A stretch of 64,000 bases of DNA. Origin: an uncultured Bacteroidales bacterium. GTDB lineage: Bacteria > Bacteroidota > Bacteroidia > Bacteroidales > UBA932. This document shows, piece after piece, positions 10,135-19,556 of this stretch. The notes under the pieces are model-generated. The model worked only from the letters and a program-made list of their open reading frames with translations. It searched no databases and was not told the DNA's origin. Both the position numbers and the translations under genes were made by a program. Within the stretch, counting starts at the first letter, position 1, and the number at the start of each line of letters is the position of its first letter. The stretch is from positions 17,144 to 81,143 of the forward strand of contig CALVDT010000039.1 of NCBI GenBank assembly GCA_944326385.1, given 5' to 3'.

Positions 10135-10312
10135 TGTCATCCCGAGCGGAGTCGAGAAATCTGCCGAAGAATCCGCAGCATGTCATCTCGAGCGCAGTCG
10201 AGAGATCTGCTCATAATACGGTATGTCGATAATACGCAGTCGATCGACAGATCTCTCGACTACGCTTAGCTCCGCTCGAGATGACAAAGAAGCGACTTCG
10301 CTCGAGATGACA
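10135..10312. repeat. REP-like palindromic repeat cluster (two forward and two inverted copies of TGTCATCYCGAGCGNAGTCGAGARATCT)
   Basis: Forward copies at 10135-10162 and 10181-10208. Inverted copies at 10249-10286 and 10293-10312 (partial). Confidence 0.8.
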
Positions 10313-10356
10313 AAGAAGCGGCGGTTGCACGAAAGAGCTGATTATGATTTGAGAAA

Positions 10357-12483
10357 ATGAGAAAAACGATAGAATATGTGATAGCATTGCTGTCGCTGCC
10401 ATATGCATTCGGCGTGTTGCCGGTGGCGGCGCAGGAGTTTTCCGGTGCGGGGCAAAGCGTTTCCGCAGATGCACCGGATGCCGGAGAATGCCGTTGGAGC
10501 ATTGCTGACAGCGGCAGGACCATTGTCTGGCGTCCCGGGGCGGATATCCCTCACTTCGACCATCTCGAAATGACCGGGGATAAGGTGTCCGAGGTGCTTC
10601 GCTGGGGCGTGGATGCGGAAGGGGCGTTCAATCTCGAACGCTCTCTTGTCTTCCCGACCCTCAGGAAACTGCCCAATGACACGCACGGCAGCCTTGTCTG
10701 GCGCACTTCCGCTGACGTCGTGCCGACGATTTCCGTCGAGGACATGACGTTGACGCGTGAGCAGGTCACGGAGGTCCGTATCGACGGCATGCTGACAGTG
10801 AAAAGTCTCTGGAATGTCGGCTGGACCTATTCAGGGGCTGACAGGAAGGCCGGATATGAGCCGGAGATAGAAATGACCCGCGTGTTTTTTCCTTCGTCCG
10901 ACAAGCTCCTGACCTGCGAGAGATACACGTTGAAGAATATCGGCGGCAGGACTTTCGCCATGAATATTCCGGAATATGAATGCGGCTACACCACGGACCC
11001 GAAAAGGGGAGCGGACGGCAAAAGCTACAGTATAAAAGGTGAAATTGCCGGAAACGGCAATTATATATTGGCTCCGGGAGCCGAGGTCTCTTTTGAGATG
11101 TATTTCACCGGCAGTGTGGCCGGAGAAAATGCCATTGCTGCGGATTCAGGGGCAGTAGTCCCGGATTTCGGAGCGGAATATTCCGCAAGGCGTTCCTTTA
11201 TCGACGGGATGTCTTCTTCCCTCATCCTCGAAAGCCCCGACAGTGTGCTGGATTCGGAATTCTTCTTTTCGAAAATCCGCGCCTGCGAGAGCATTATAAA
11301 GACGAAAAACGGATATATGCACGCCCCCGGCGGGGAAGTTTTCTATGCTGCGGTCTGGACAAACGACCAGGCGGAGTATGTGAGTCCGTTCTATCCTTTC
11401 GCAGGATATGAAAAGGGAAATCTTTCGGCGGAGAACTGTTACAGGCTTTTCGGGCAGTTCATGAACGATGAGTTCAGGCCGATTCCGAGTTCGATTATTG
11501 CAGAAGGTGACGATATATGGAACGGAGCCGGAGATCGGGGGGATGCGGCAATGTTGGCCTGCGGGGCATCCCGATATGCGTTGGCTTCAGGCTCACGGAA
11601 GACTGCCGGGGAACTGTGGCCGCTGATAGAGTGGTGTCTCGAGTTCTGCAAGAGGCAAAAAACAGCTGACGGAGTGGTGGCCTCCGATACGGACGAACTG
11701 GAAGGCCGTTTCCCGTCAGGGGATGCGAACCTAAGTACGTCATGTCTTTATTACGATGCCTTGCTCTCCGCTGCGTATTTGTCCGATGATCTGGGCTTGC
11801 CGCATAGTGTCGCCAAAGGGTACCGCTCCGAGGCAAAGAGTATGAAGACTGCTATAGAGCGTTATTTCGGTGCTGAGGTTTCAGGTTACGAAACGTACAG
11901 ATACTATGATGGGAATGACATTCTGCGCTCATGGATCTGCCTGCCGCTCGTGGTCGGGCTCGACTATCATCGCGAGGGAACGGCAGCTGCGCTTCTCGGA
12001 CCTGAAATGCTGACCCGTAACGGAGTCCTGACAGCCCAGGGCGACAGCACTTTCTGGGATCGTGCCACGCTTTATGCTTTGCGCGGTCTGTTCTGTGCCG
12101 GTTATGCTGACGAGGCATATGGCTTCATGCATGATTTTTCCGCACGCCGTCTTCTCGGAGATCATGTCCCGTATATGATAGAAGCCTGGCCCGAAGGAGC
12201 ACAGAGGCATCTTTCCGCCGAGAGCGGGCTTTATTGCAGGATAGTGACCGAGGGGATTTTCGGCATCAGGCCGACAGGTCTGCATGCCTTCACGTTGACA
12301 CCGTCCCTGCCGTCTTCCTGGGACCGTGTCTCTCTCCGCCACATCAAGGCTTTCGGCACCGACTTCGACATCTCTGTTTCACGCCTGCCTTCCGGTAAAC
12401 TGGAAGTGATCATTACAGGCCTTACCGTCAGCCCGCAGCGCCACATCATTGCCCCCGGCTCTTCTCTTGATATTGCATTATGA
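10357..12483 (+). CDS. Six-hairpin (alpha/alpha)6 glycosidase-like protein, family uncertain
   Basis: Signal peptide. Motifs MHAPGGEVFYAAVWTNDQAEY, SDTDELEGRF and EAWPEG...HLSAESGLY, plus a C-terminal GIFGIRP...LTPSLP segment typical of (alpha/alpha)6 GHs. Confidence 0.65.
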   Translation: MRKTIEYVIALLSLPYAFGVLPVAAQEFSGAGQSVSADAPDAGECRWSIADSGRTIVWRPGADIPHFDHLEMTGDKVSEVLRWGVDAEGAFNLERSLVFPTLRKLPNDTHGSLVWRTSADVVPTISVEDMTLTREQVTEVRIDGMLTVKSLWNVGWTYSGADRKAGYEPEIEMTRVFFPSSDKLLTCERYTLKNIGGRTFAMNIPEYECGYTTDPKRGADGKSYSIKGEIAGNGNYILAPGAEVSFEMYFTGSVAGENAIAADSGAVVPDFGAEYSARRSFIDGMSSSLILESPDSVLDSEFFFSKIRACESIIKTKNGYMHAPGGEVFYAAVWTNDQAEYVSPFYPFAGYEKGNLSAENCYRLFGQFMNDEFRPIPSSIIAEGDDIWNGAGDRGDAAMLACGASRYALASGSRKTAGELWPLIEWCLEFCKRQKTADGVVASDTDELEGRFPSGDANLSTSCLYYDALLSAAYLSDDLGLPHSVAKGYRSEAKSMKTAIERYFGAEVSGYETYRYYDGNDILRSWICLPLVVGLDYHREGTAAALLGPEMLTRNGVLTAQGDSTFWDRATLYALRGLFCAGYADEAYGFMHDFSARRLLGDHVPYMIEAWPEGAQRHLSAESGLYCRIVTEGIFGIRPTGLHAFTLTPSLPSSWDRVSLRHIKAFGTDFDISVSRLPSGKLEVIITGLTVSPQRHIIAPGSSLDIAL

Positions 12484-12538
12484 CAATAAAGCCACTGTTG
12501 CCTCGCGTTTTATGCTATGAAATTTAATTTGTTTTATT

Positions 12539-12617
12539 GATTATATGATGGTGACAGTGAGCACTGTTGCCCCCGACAGGGGGTGTATTCCAGTGCGAAC
12601 GTCACCATCATATAATC
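12539..12617 (+). other. Structured hairpin element, copy 1 (17-bp perfect outer stem plus conserved core)
   Basis: GATTATATGATGGTGAC (12539-12555) is the exact reverse complement of 12601-12617. Core: GTGAGCACTGTTG-CCCCC-GACA-GGGGG-TGTATTC-CAGTGCGAAC. Confidence 0.85.
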
Positions 12618-12637
12618 CCCATTAAAAAACTAAAAAA

Positions 12638-14680
12638 ATGAAATTATCATCATTGGCCGTAACGGCCATCCTTTTCCCGGCTGCTTTGTCCGCCGCGACC
12701 CCATTGTCCGAAACCTCGGATCTCATCGACAACGATGCTGTACCGGTCATTTCCGAAGCCTCGAAAGCCCGAGCCGCTGAACTCGTGTCGCAAATGACCC
12801 TTGATGAAAAACTCTCTTATATCGGCGGTATCGACGGTTTCTATATCCGCGAAATCCCACGTCTCGGCATCCCGCGCATCCGTATGGCCGACGGTCCGCA
12901 GGGTGTGAGAAACGATACGAAAAGTACGATGTATCCTTGCGGAATTGCAGCTGCGGCTACCTGGAACAGGGATCTTGCGTTTGCTTACGGCAAATCTCTC
13001 GGGACGGATGCACGTGCCCGCGGTGTCCATATCATGCTCGGGCCGGGAGTGAACATCTACCGCTTCCCCAAGTGCGGGCGTAATTTCGAATACTACGGCG
13101 AAGACCCTTACCTGACCTCCGAAACCGCAGTGCAGTATATAAAGGGCATGCAGTCTGTCGGCGTGATGTCCACTATCAAGCATTTCTGCGGAAACAACCA
13201 GGAATACAACCGCAACAACGGATCTTCCGACATCGACGAGCGTACCCTTAACGAGATTTATCTCCCGGCATTCCGCAAGGCCGTGCAGGTGGCCCGTACC
13301 GGAGCAGTGATGTCTTCCTATAATCTTGTAAACAGTGTGCATATGACTGAAAACAAGGCTCTTATCAAGGATTTGCTGCGCGATGCCTGGGGGTTCGAAG
13401 GTATATTCATGTCTGACTGGACCGCCACATATTCGAGTATTCTTGCGGCCAACAACGGTCTTGATCTCGAAATGTCCTGGGGTCAGTTCATGAATCCGCG
13501 CATCCTGAAGACAGCTGTCGAGACAGGTACTGTGACAGAAAAGACCATTGATGAGAAATGCCAGCACATTCTCCAGACACTCATAGAGTTCGGCTTCCTG
13601 GACAGGGAGCAGAAAGATGCGTCCTTGCCGGAACAGAATCCCGATTGCGACCTGACGGCACTGAATGTGGCGCGCGAGGCCATCGTCCTGTTGGAAAACG
13701 AGGACAGTTTCCTGCCTTTCTCCAAGAAAATCAGGAAAGTGGCTGTCCTGGGCCCTAATTCGGGCAATATCCCTACGGGCGGCGGCAGCGGTTTCGTGTC
13801 TCCGTTCACGACAGTTTCCGTCACGGAAGGAGTAGGGGGGTTCTATAAATTGGTTGCCGATGCCGCCAAGGCCGATGCAGTGGTGTATTGTGCCGGGTTC
13901 AATTCGGACACCGAATGCGAGGGGCGTGATCGTCCTTTCGAGCTTCCAGCCGGACAGATAGCCGAAATCGACTCCATAGCATCACTGAATCCGAATCTTG
14001 TGGTAGTGGTGAATGCCGGTGGCGGCGTGGATTTCAACCCTCTGCTTGCCAAGGCCAAGGCGGTGCTTATGGCCTGGTATCCGGGACAGCAGGGTGGACG
14101 TGCAGTGGCAGAGGTCCTTTCCGGAGAGGTGAATCCGAGCGGACGTCTTCCGATCACTGTCGAGAAACGTTTAGAGGACAATCCTGTCTTCAATAACTAC
14201 TATTGCAACACTGAAAGGCTCTGGAACAGTCCTGAGCGTGTGACCTATTTCGAGGGCGTGTTTGTAGGCTACCGCGGCTATGACCGTGCCGGTACGGAGC
14301 CGCTTTTCCCATTTGGTTACGGTCTGTCCTATACGGATTTCCAGTATTCAGACATCGCTGCGGAGAAACTTTCCGACGGCAGGGTGCGTGTCACGGCATC
14401 TGTGAAGAATATCGGCAAGCGGGCCGGAGCGGAGGTAGTGCAGCTGTATGTCAATGACGAGAAAGCACGTGTCCCGCGGCCTGAAAAGGAGCTTAAAGGC
14501 TATGAAAAGGTGTATTTGGAGCCGGGAGAGACGAAGTCTGTCGAGTTTATCCTCGATTCGGAAGCCTTCGCGTTCTATGACATGGATCTTCACCGTTTCA
14601 CGGTCGAGCCCGGCATTTTCAACATCCTTGTCGGCGCCTCTTCGCGCGATATCCGTCTGACTACTGCGGTGACGCTGTAG
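12638..14680 (+). CDS. GH3 beta-glucosidase with C-terminal Fn3-like domain
   Basis: ADGPQGVR, GRNFEYYGEDP, KHF, nucleophile motif MSDW, FPFGYGLSYT and EVVQLY. Confidence 0.93.
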   Translation: MKLSSLAVTAILFPAALSAATPLSETSDLIDNDAVPVISEASKARAAELVSQMTLDEKLSYIGGIDGFYIREIPRLGIPRIRMADGPQGVRNDTKSTMYPCGIAAAATWNRDLAFAYGKSLGTDARARGVHIMLGPGVNIYRFPKCGRNFEYYGEDPYLTSETAVQYIKGMQSVGVMSTIKHFCGNNQEYNRNNGSSDIDERTLNEIYLPAFRKAVQVARTGAVMSSYNLVNSVHMTENKALIKDLLRDAWGFEGIFMSDWTATYSSILAANNGLDLEMSWGQFMNPRILKTAVETGTVTEKTIDEKCQHILQTLIEFGFLDREQKDASLPEQNPDCDLTALNVAREAIVLLENEDSFLPFSKKIRKVAVLGPNSGNIPTGGGSGFVSPFTTVSVTEGVGGFYKLVADAAKADAVVYCAGFNSDTECEGRDRPFELPAGQIAEIDSIASLNPNLVVVVNAGGGVDFNPLLAKAKAVLMAWYPGQQGGRAVAEVLSGEVNPSGRLPITVEKRLEDNPVFNNYYCNTERLWNSPERVTYFEGVFVGYRGYDRAGTEPLFPFGYGLSYTDFQYSDIAAEKLSDGRVRVTASVKNIGKRAGAEVVQLYVNDEKARVPRPEKELKGYEKVYLEPGETKSVEFILDSEAFAFYDMDLHRFTVEPGIFNILVGASSRDIRLTTAVTL

Positions 14681-14706
14681 ATTCTCAGGGCATTTTATGG
14701 AGAAGC

Positions 14707-14770
14707 GGAAAAAATGACGGGATTTGCCTTGGAAAAATGGAAAAAATAGCGAAATTTGTCTTGGAAAAAC
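14707..14770 (+). repeat. Imperfect 32-bp tandem duplication upstream of the AAA ATPase
   Basis: GGAAAAAATGACGGGATTTGCCTTGGAAAAAT (14707-14738) followed by GGAAAAAATAGCGAAATTTGTCTTGGAAAAAC (14739-14770). Confidence 0.7.
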
Positions 14771-14779
14771 GGGAATGGA

Positions 14780-16135
14780 ATGCTTAAAAGAAAGGTTGAC
14801 AGCTATATACGCCATTTTTATGCAAATACGAAGAAAGCCTTGCTTTTGACCGGTGCCCGCCAGACAGGAAAGACGTATTCTGTCAGGGAATTCGGCCGGA
14901 CTTTCAAAAGTTTTATTGAAATAAATTTCGTAGAGAATCCTGAGGCAGTTGAAGTTTTCGCAAATGCAAGAAACACGGCCGACATATTGTTGAGACTGTC
15001 GGCAATGACGTCGGTCCCGCTTGTCAAGGGTGAAACGCTGATATTTTTCGACGAAGTCCAAAGATGTCCTGAAATTGTTACGGCGATAAAATTTTTAGTC
15101 GAGGAGGGGTCGTACCGGTATATTCTCAGCGGCTCCCTCCTTGGTGTAGAACTCAAGAATCTGCGTTCGGAGCCTGTGGGATATATGGGTGTAAAAGACA
15201 TGTACCCGTTGGATTTCGAGGAATTCATCATTGCCGCAGGCATAAATGACAAAATAATAGGGTCTCTCCGTCATTCCTGGGAAACCCGCACTCCCGTAGA
15301 TGATTTCCTTCATACGAAAATGATGGAACTGTTCCGTCTGTATCTGATAGTCGGGGGCATGCCGGCAGCGGTGGAAAAATATATCGAGACCAACAATCTG
15401 CAGGAAGTCATGGCTGTCCAAAACGATATCATCCGACTGTACAAACGGGACATATCCCAGTATGATCCTGACAATAAATTGTATATTGAAGACATATTTG
15501 ATCTGATTCCGCCCGAGCTCAATGCGAAAAACAAACGTTTTATCCTGAAACGTCTGAATGAAAATGCCAAATTCGAACGTTATGCGGACGGTTTTCTATG
15601 GCTGAAAAATGCAGGAGCGGCTTTGCCGGTTTTTAATGTCGACGAGCCGAAAGTGCCGCTGCTTCTTTCCCGCTCCCGGAATCTGTTCAAGCTGTTTCAG
15701 AATGATGTCGGTCTGTTGGCGGCACAATATGCAGACGGGATACAGCTTCGAATTCTTACCGGCGATCGCGGCATAAACTATGGTGCCGTTTATGAAAATG
15801 CTGTAGCACAGGAACTTGCGGCTCATGGCGTGGCGCTGTATTATTATAACAGCAAAAAGCGCGGTGAAGTGGATTTTGTCGTGGAATATGGCGGGAAAGT
15901 ACTTCCGATAGAAGTCAAGTCCGGCAAGGATTATGAAATTCACAGGGCTTTGTCGAATATTATGGACTGTGAAGAATATGACTTGCCGGAGGCAGTCGTC
16001 TTTACGAATGAAAATCTGAAAACAGCAGGGAAATTGGTCTATGCCCCTGTATATTTGGTAATGTTTATAGAAAAGAATACCGATGCTCCGTCATATTATA
16101 AAGTGGATATAAGCGGTATCCTGAAATCTGTTTGA
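14780..16135 (+). CDS. AAA+ ATPase (AAA_14) with DUF4143 / PD-(D/E)xK-like C-terminus
   Basis: Walker A GARQTGKT, Walker B IFFDEVQ, SGSLLG, GGMP and C-terminal EVDFV...PIEVKSG. Confidence 0.85.
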   Translation: MLKRKVDSYIRHFYANTKKALLLTGARQTGKTYSVREFGRTFKSFIEINFVENPEAVEVFANARNTADILLRLSAMTSVPLVKGETLIFFDEVQRCPEIVTAIKFLVEEGSYRYILSGSLLGVELKNLRSEPVGYMGVKDMYPLDFEEFIIAAGINDKIIGSLRHSWETRTPVDDFLHTKMMELFRLYLIVGGMPAAVEKYIETNNLQEVMAVQNDIIRLYKRDISQYDPDNKLYIEDIFDLIPPELNAKNKRFILKRLNENAKFERYADGFLWLKNAGAALPVFNVDEPKVPLLLSRSRNLFKLFQNDVGLLAAQYADGIQLRILTGDRGINYGAVYENAVAQELAAHGVALYYYNSKKRGEVDFVVEYGGKVLPIEVKSGKDYEIHRALSNIMDCEEYDLPEAVVFTNENLKTAGKLVYAPVYLVMFIEKNTDAPSYYKVDISGILKSV

Positions 16136-16164
16136 AATCTGTCCTGAAATCCAAAACCAGCCAA

Positions 16165-16300
16165 TCAAAAACCTGTCCTATGTTTATCGTATATGTCCAC
16201 TTCGACATATACGGGCAGATGGTCGGATGCCAAAGCGACATCTCCGGAAGCGAATTCGTCAAGGACAGCGGACCGTACGACCCTGTAGTCGCCAGCTCCT
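16165..16300 (-). pseudogene. 3' remnant of an endonuclease/exonuclease/phosphatase (EEP) family gene
   Basis: Minus strand reads ...GAGDYRVVRSAVLDEFASGDVALASDHLPVYVEVDIY...*. ASDHLPV is the terminal EEP catalytic motif. Upstream of it the frame is only antisense of the HTCS. Confidence 0.65.
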
Positions 16301-17784
16301 TTCAAAAAACTGTTGGACAAGGACGGACAGAACAAGGATATCAGGGACGATTTGTCCCTAATGTTCGCGCAGACCATGAATATGATGCATCTGATAAATC
16401 TTATCCTGGATTCCAGAAAGCTCGAAGAAGGGTATGAACATATAGATCTCGCCCCGCACGACCTGAACCTGTGGCTCGGCTCCGTCACTGATGAATTCCG
16501 GAAAGAATATGAAAGCAAGGATATCAGCCTCAGATTCGAACCGGATCCGAAAATACAATCCGTCAACTATGACAGCAGCAAATTCCACATAATATTGAGC
16601 AATCTCCTGATGAATGCATGGAAGTTCAGCGAACCCCATACCGAAGTCACTGTACGTACATCCGCAGTCGAGGGCATGGTACGCATCTCCGTCATAGATC
16701 AGGGCATCGGGATCAAACAATCCGAAATACCGTTTCTTTTCAACAGGTTCACAAAGGCAGACATGAAGTCCAGCGGATTCGGGCTGGGACTCTCTTACGT
16801 CAAGGCCCTTGTCGAAGCGCACCCGGGAGGCGGGTCGGAGCCACGCCCAACAGGGACAAGGGAGCGATTTTCTGGTTCGAGATACCGGAACACATACCGT
16901 GCAGCGACTGTGAAATTCCCCGGAGCGATATTATCGGCAATAATGGCGACAATACGGCGAAGGAAATCCGGACGCAGGATGACCAAACCAATGAAATAGA
17001 CACTTCGGAGTTTTCTATTCTGATAGCGGAAGATGAGTCCGATCTGCTCAAATTCATTGCCCGGGAACTCGACGGGCATTTCAGGAAAGTCTTTACGGCA
17101 AGATCCGGAGAGGAAGCCTACGACATAATCCTGCAGGACAATCCGGACATACTCGTCAGCGATGTCATGATGTCGGAAACGGACGGTTATGAACTGTGCC
17201 GCAAGATAAAGAACAACGCCATGACGAGCCGGCTGCCCGTCATATTCATAACGGCAATGAACGGGCACGATTCCATGTCGCGCGGATACAGGTCGGGAGC
17301 GGATCTTTTCCTGCAGAAGCCTTTCGACATCCCCACCCTGCTGTCAGCTGTGAAGAACATACTTTACAGCCGGATGCAGCTGCGGGAACAATACCGGCAG
17401 CTTTTCAGCATCGATTCGATATCCGGCTCTTTTCTCAGCAATACGGACGAGGAGTTTGTCCGGAAAGTAAACCAGTGCATTGCCGAGAATATTTCCAACG
17501 ATGCCCTGAACGCACAAATGCTCATCGACTATATGTGCATGGGCAGGGCCAGTTTCTACAAGAAATTCAAGAGGCTCATCGGCCTCGGAGTAATGGAATA
17601 CGTCTCCGGAAAAAGAATGGCGATAGCCGCCGACCTGCTGAAGAATACCTGCTTGACGGTTTCCGAAATATCCTTCAAGGTAGGATATTCCGACACCAAC
17701 TATTTCAGCACCTCATTCAAAAAACAGTTCGGGCAGACCCCGAGCAGATACAGGAAAAACCTGTCTGCCTGTCCTCTCCGGTAA
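16295..17784 (+). pseudogene. Truncated and frameshifted hybrid two-component system (HATPase-REC-AraC HTH); sensor, TM and H-box missing
   Basis: N box NLLMNAWKFS and G boxes DQGIGI and GFGLGL in ORF 16313-16999. The sequence continues in another frame (RVGATPNRDKGAIFWFEIP, receiver ILVSDVMM...KPF, AraC VGYSDTNYFSTSFKKQFGQTPS). Frameshift near 16830; in-frame stop at 16286-16288. Confidence 0.85.
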
Positions 17785-17813
17785 ATTATGGTGCCAAACT
17801 TCCAAAAAATTCC

Positions 17814-17821
17814 TACATTTG
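17814..17821 (+). promoter_or_regulatory. Bacteroidetes sigma-A -7 box (TACATTTG) for the lgt operon
   Basis: Matches TAnnTTTG about 20 nt before the lgt start. Confidence 0.6.
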
Positions 17822-17841
17822 CAGGTTTGTCATAAATTTTG

Positions 17842-18729
17842 ATGGAAATGTTGGATTTTCTTGCGATACACTGGCATGTCAGCCCTGAGATTTTCAGCAT
17901 AGGCTCGTTTTCGCTCAGGTGGTATTCCCTCCTTTTCGTATCCGGCTTCGTTTTGGGCTGGTTCATATTCAAATGGTTTTTCAAAAGAGAGGGCCTGCCG
18001 CTGAAACTGCTCGACCCGCTTCTCTATACCCTGCTCATAGGTACGATAGTCGGGGCGCGTCTCGGACATTGCATATTTTATCAGCCTGACTATTACTTCG
18101 GCAGCTGGCAGGGCTTCTGGGAGATTTTCATGCCGTGGAAAGGCGGGCTTGCAAGCCATGGCGGCACTATCGCCCTGCTGTTCGCAATGTGGTGGTATGC
18201 ACATCATTACGGGAAGAAATACGATTTCGACCTGCTGTGGATACTGGACCGTCTCTGCATCGCAGTATGCTTTGCCGGGGCACTGATAAGGCTCGGAAAT
18301 CTTTTCAATTCGGAAATATACGGCGACGTGACAAGCCTTCCGTGGGGTTTCGTTTTCGACCTCAGGGGAGAGACGGAGCCGAAGCATCCTACGCAGCTGT
18401 ACGAGGCCCTGAGCTACACTGTTTTAGGTTTTGCATTGCTGGCGCTTTACAAATACCGTCTTGAGAAATTGAAAAGAGGCACCATCATAGGTATTTTCTT
18501 CATCGTGCTTTTCGGCATGCGTTTTCTTATCGAATTCATCAAGGAGCCTCAGGTGGGTTTCGAGGAAAACATGCTCCTCAACATGGGACAGATACTCAGC
18601 ATTCCGTTCATCCTTATCGGTGTCGGAATCCTGATTTACAGCCTGAAATGGGGAAAACCGGCTGCCATAGTGCATCCGCAGAAGTCCAAGTCCCAGCCGA
18701 CACATTACGCTAAAAGTCTTGTCAAATGA
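17842..18729 (+). CDS. lgt: Prolipoprotein diacylglyceryl transferase
   Basis: GARLGHC, GGLASHGG, RLGNLFNSEIYG, HPTQLYE and RFLIEFIK motifs. Confidence 0.96.
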   Translation: MEMLDFLAIHWHVSPEIFSIGSFSLRWYSLLFVSGFVLGWFIFKWFFKREGLPLKLLDPLLYTLLIGTIVGARLGHCIFYQPDYYFGSWQGFWEIFMPWKGGLASHGGTIALLFAMWWYAHHYGKKYDFDLLWILDRLCIAVCFAGALIRLGNLFNSEIYGDVTSLPWGFVFDLRGETEPKHPTQLYEALSYTVLGFALLALYKYRLEKLKRGTIIGIFFIVLFGMRFLIEFIKEPQVGFEENMLLNMGQILSIPFILIGVGILIYSLKWGKPAAIVHPQKSKSQPTHYAKSLVK

Positions 18730-19499
18730 TAAAGGCGGTTTTTTTCGACATAGACGGGACCCTGGTGAGCTTCAAGACCCATGAGATCTCGGAAAACACC
18801 CTGAATGTCCTGTATGAACTGAAGAGGAGGGGCATACGGCTTTATATTTCGAGCGGACGACACCGGCTCATCATGGATAACCTGAGCGGTTTTCCTTTCG
18901 ACGGATATGTCTGCATGAACGGAGCGCTCGTGATAGATGACGGTCAGGTGGTCTACGGCCATCCTTTGGATCCGGCTGATGCTGCGACAGTGGCTGATTT
19001 TGCAGAACGGAACCGCATCCCGTGTGTCCTGTTCGCGGAAAAGGATATAGTCATGAACTGTCACAACGAACTTACGGACCAGGTGTTCAAGATGATACGC
19101 CTGCCAAAGCCTCTGCCTTCCCCGCTCGCTCCATATCTGGACAAGCCCGTGTACCAGTTCACCATATTCATAAACAGGGAGACAGAGGCTGGTCTGCTTC
19201 CTTCGCTCGGACATTCCGTGGCAGAAAGATGGCATCCGGAATTCACCGACATAGACCCGGAGAATATCTCCAAGGCGGAAGGCATCTCCAAGGTAATAGC
19301 CCGGCACGTGATCGCAAGGGAGGAAGTCATGGCCATAGGAGACGGCGGCAATGATATCTCTATGATCAGGTATGCCGGTATCGGTGTCGCCATGGGAAAT
19401 GCCGCTGATGACGTGAAGATGCATGCCGACTATGTGACGTCGGATGTAGACGAAGACGGGGTAGTGGCGGCGGTCCGTCATTTCGGACTGCTGGATTGA
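18726..19499 (+). CDS. Cof-type HAD-IIB hydrolase
   Basis: FFDIDGTL, SSGR, SKAEG and AIGDGGNDISM...AMGNA. Confidence 0.92.
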   Translation: MIKAVFFDIDGTLVSFKTHEISENTLNVLYELKRRGIRLYISSGRHRLIMDNLSGFPFDGYVCMNGALVIDDGQVVYGHPLDPADAATVADFAERNRIPCVLFAEKDIVMNCHNELTDQVFKMIRLPKPLPSPLAPYLDKPVYQFTIFINRETEAGLLPSLGHSVAERWHPEFTDIDPENISKAEGISKVIARHVIAREEVMAIGDGGNDISMIRYAGIGVAMGNAADDVKMHADYVTSDVDEDGVVAAVRHFGLLD

Positions 19500-19556
19500 A
19501 AAATTCAAAACAGTTTCTTATATTTGGAATCAGAACCGATTTTAAACAGGATTAAT

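Noticed and set aside
9245-10186. Long antisense ORFs (e.g. 9245-10186, 12650-13567, 20684-21640, 23564-24523, 28774-29742, 35334-36266)
   Set aside because: They are shadow frames opposite well-supported genes, expected from codon bias, and show no recognisable motifs.
10211-10523. Minus-strand ORFs containing CHLERS motifs
   Set aside because: These are by-products of the REP-like repeat sequence and antisense overlap with the six-hairpin GH gene.
16618-17784. Independent 388-aa response regulator gene starting at 16618
   Set aside because: Its first ~70 codons are an off-frame reading of the kinase domain. The real similarity begins at the frameshift near 16830, so it is part of the broken HTCS.
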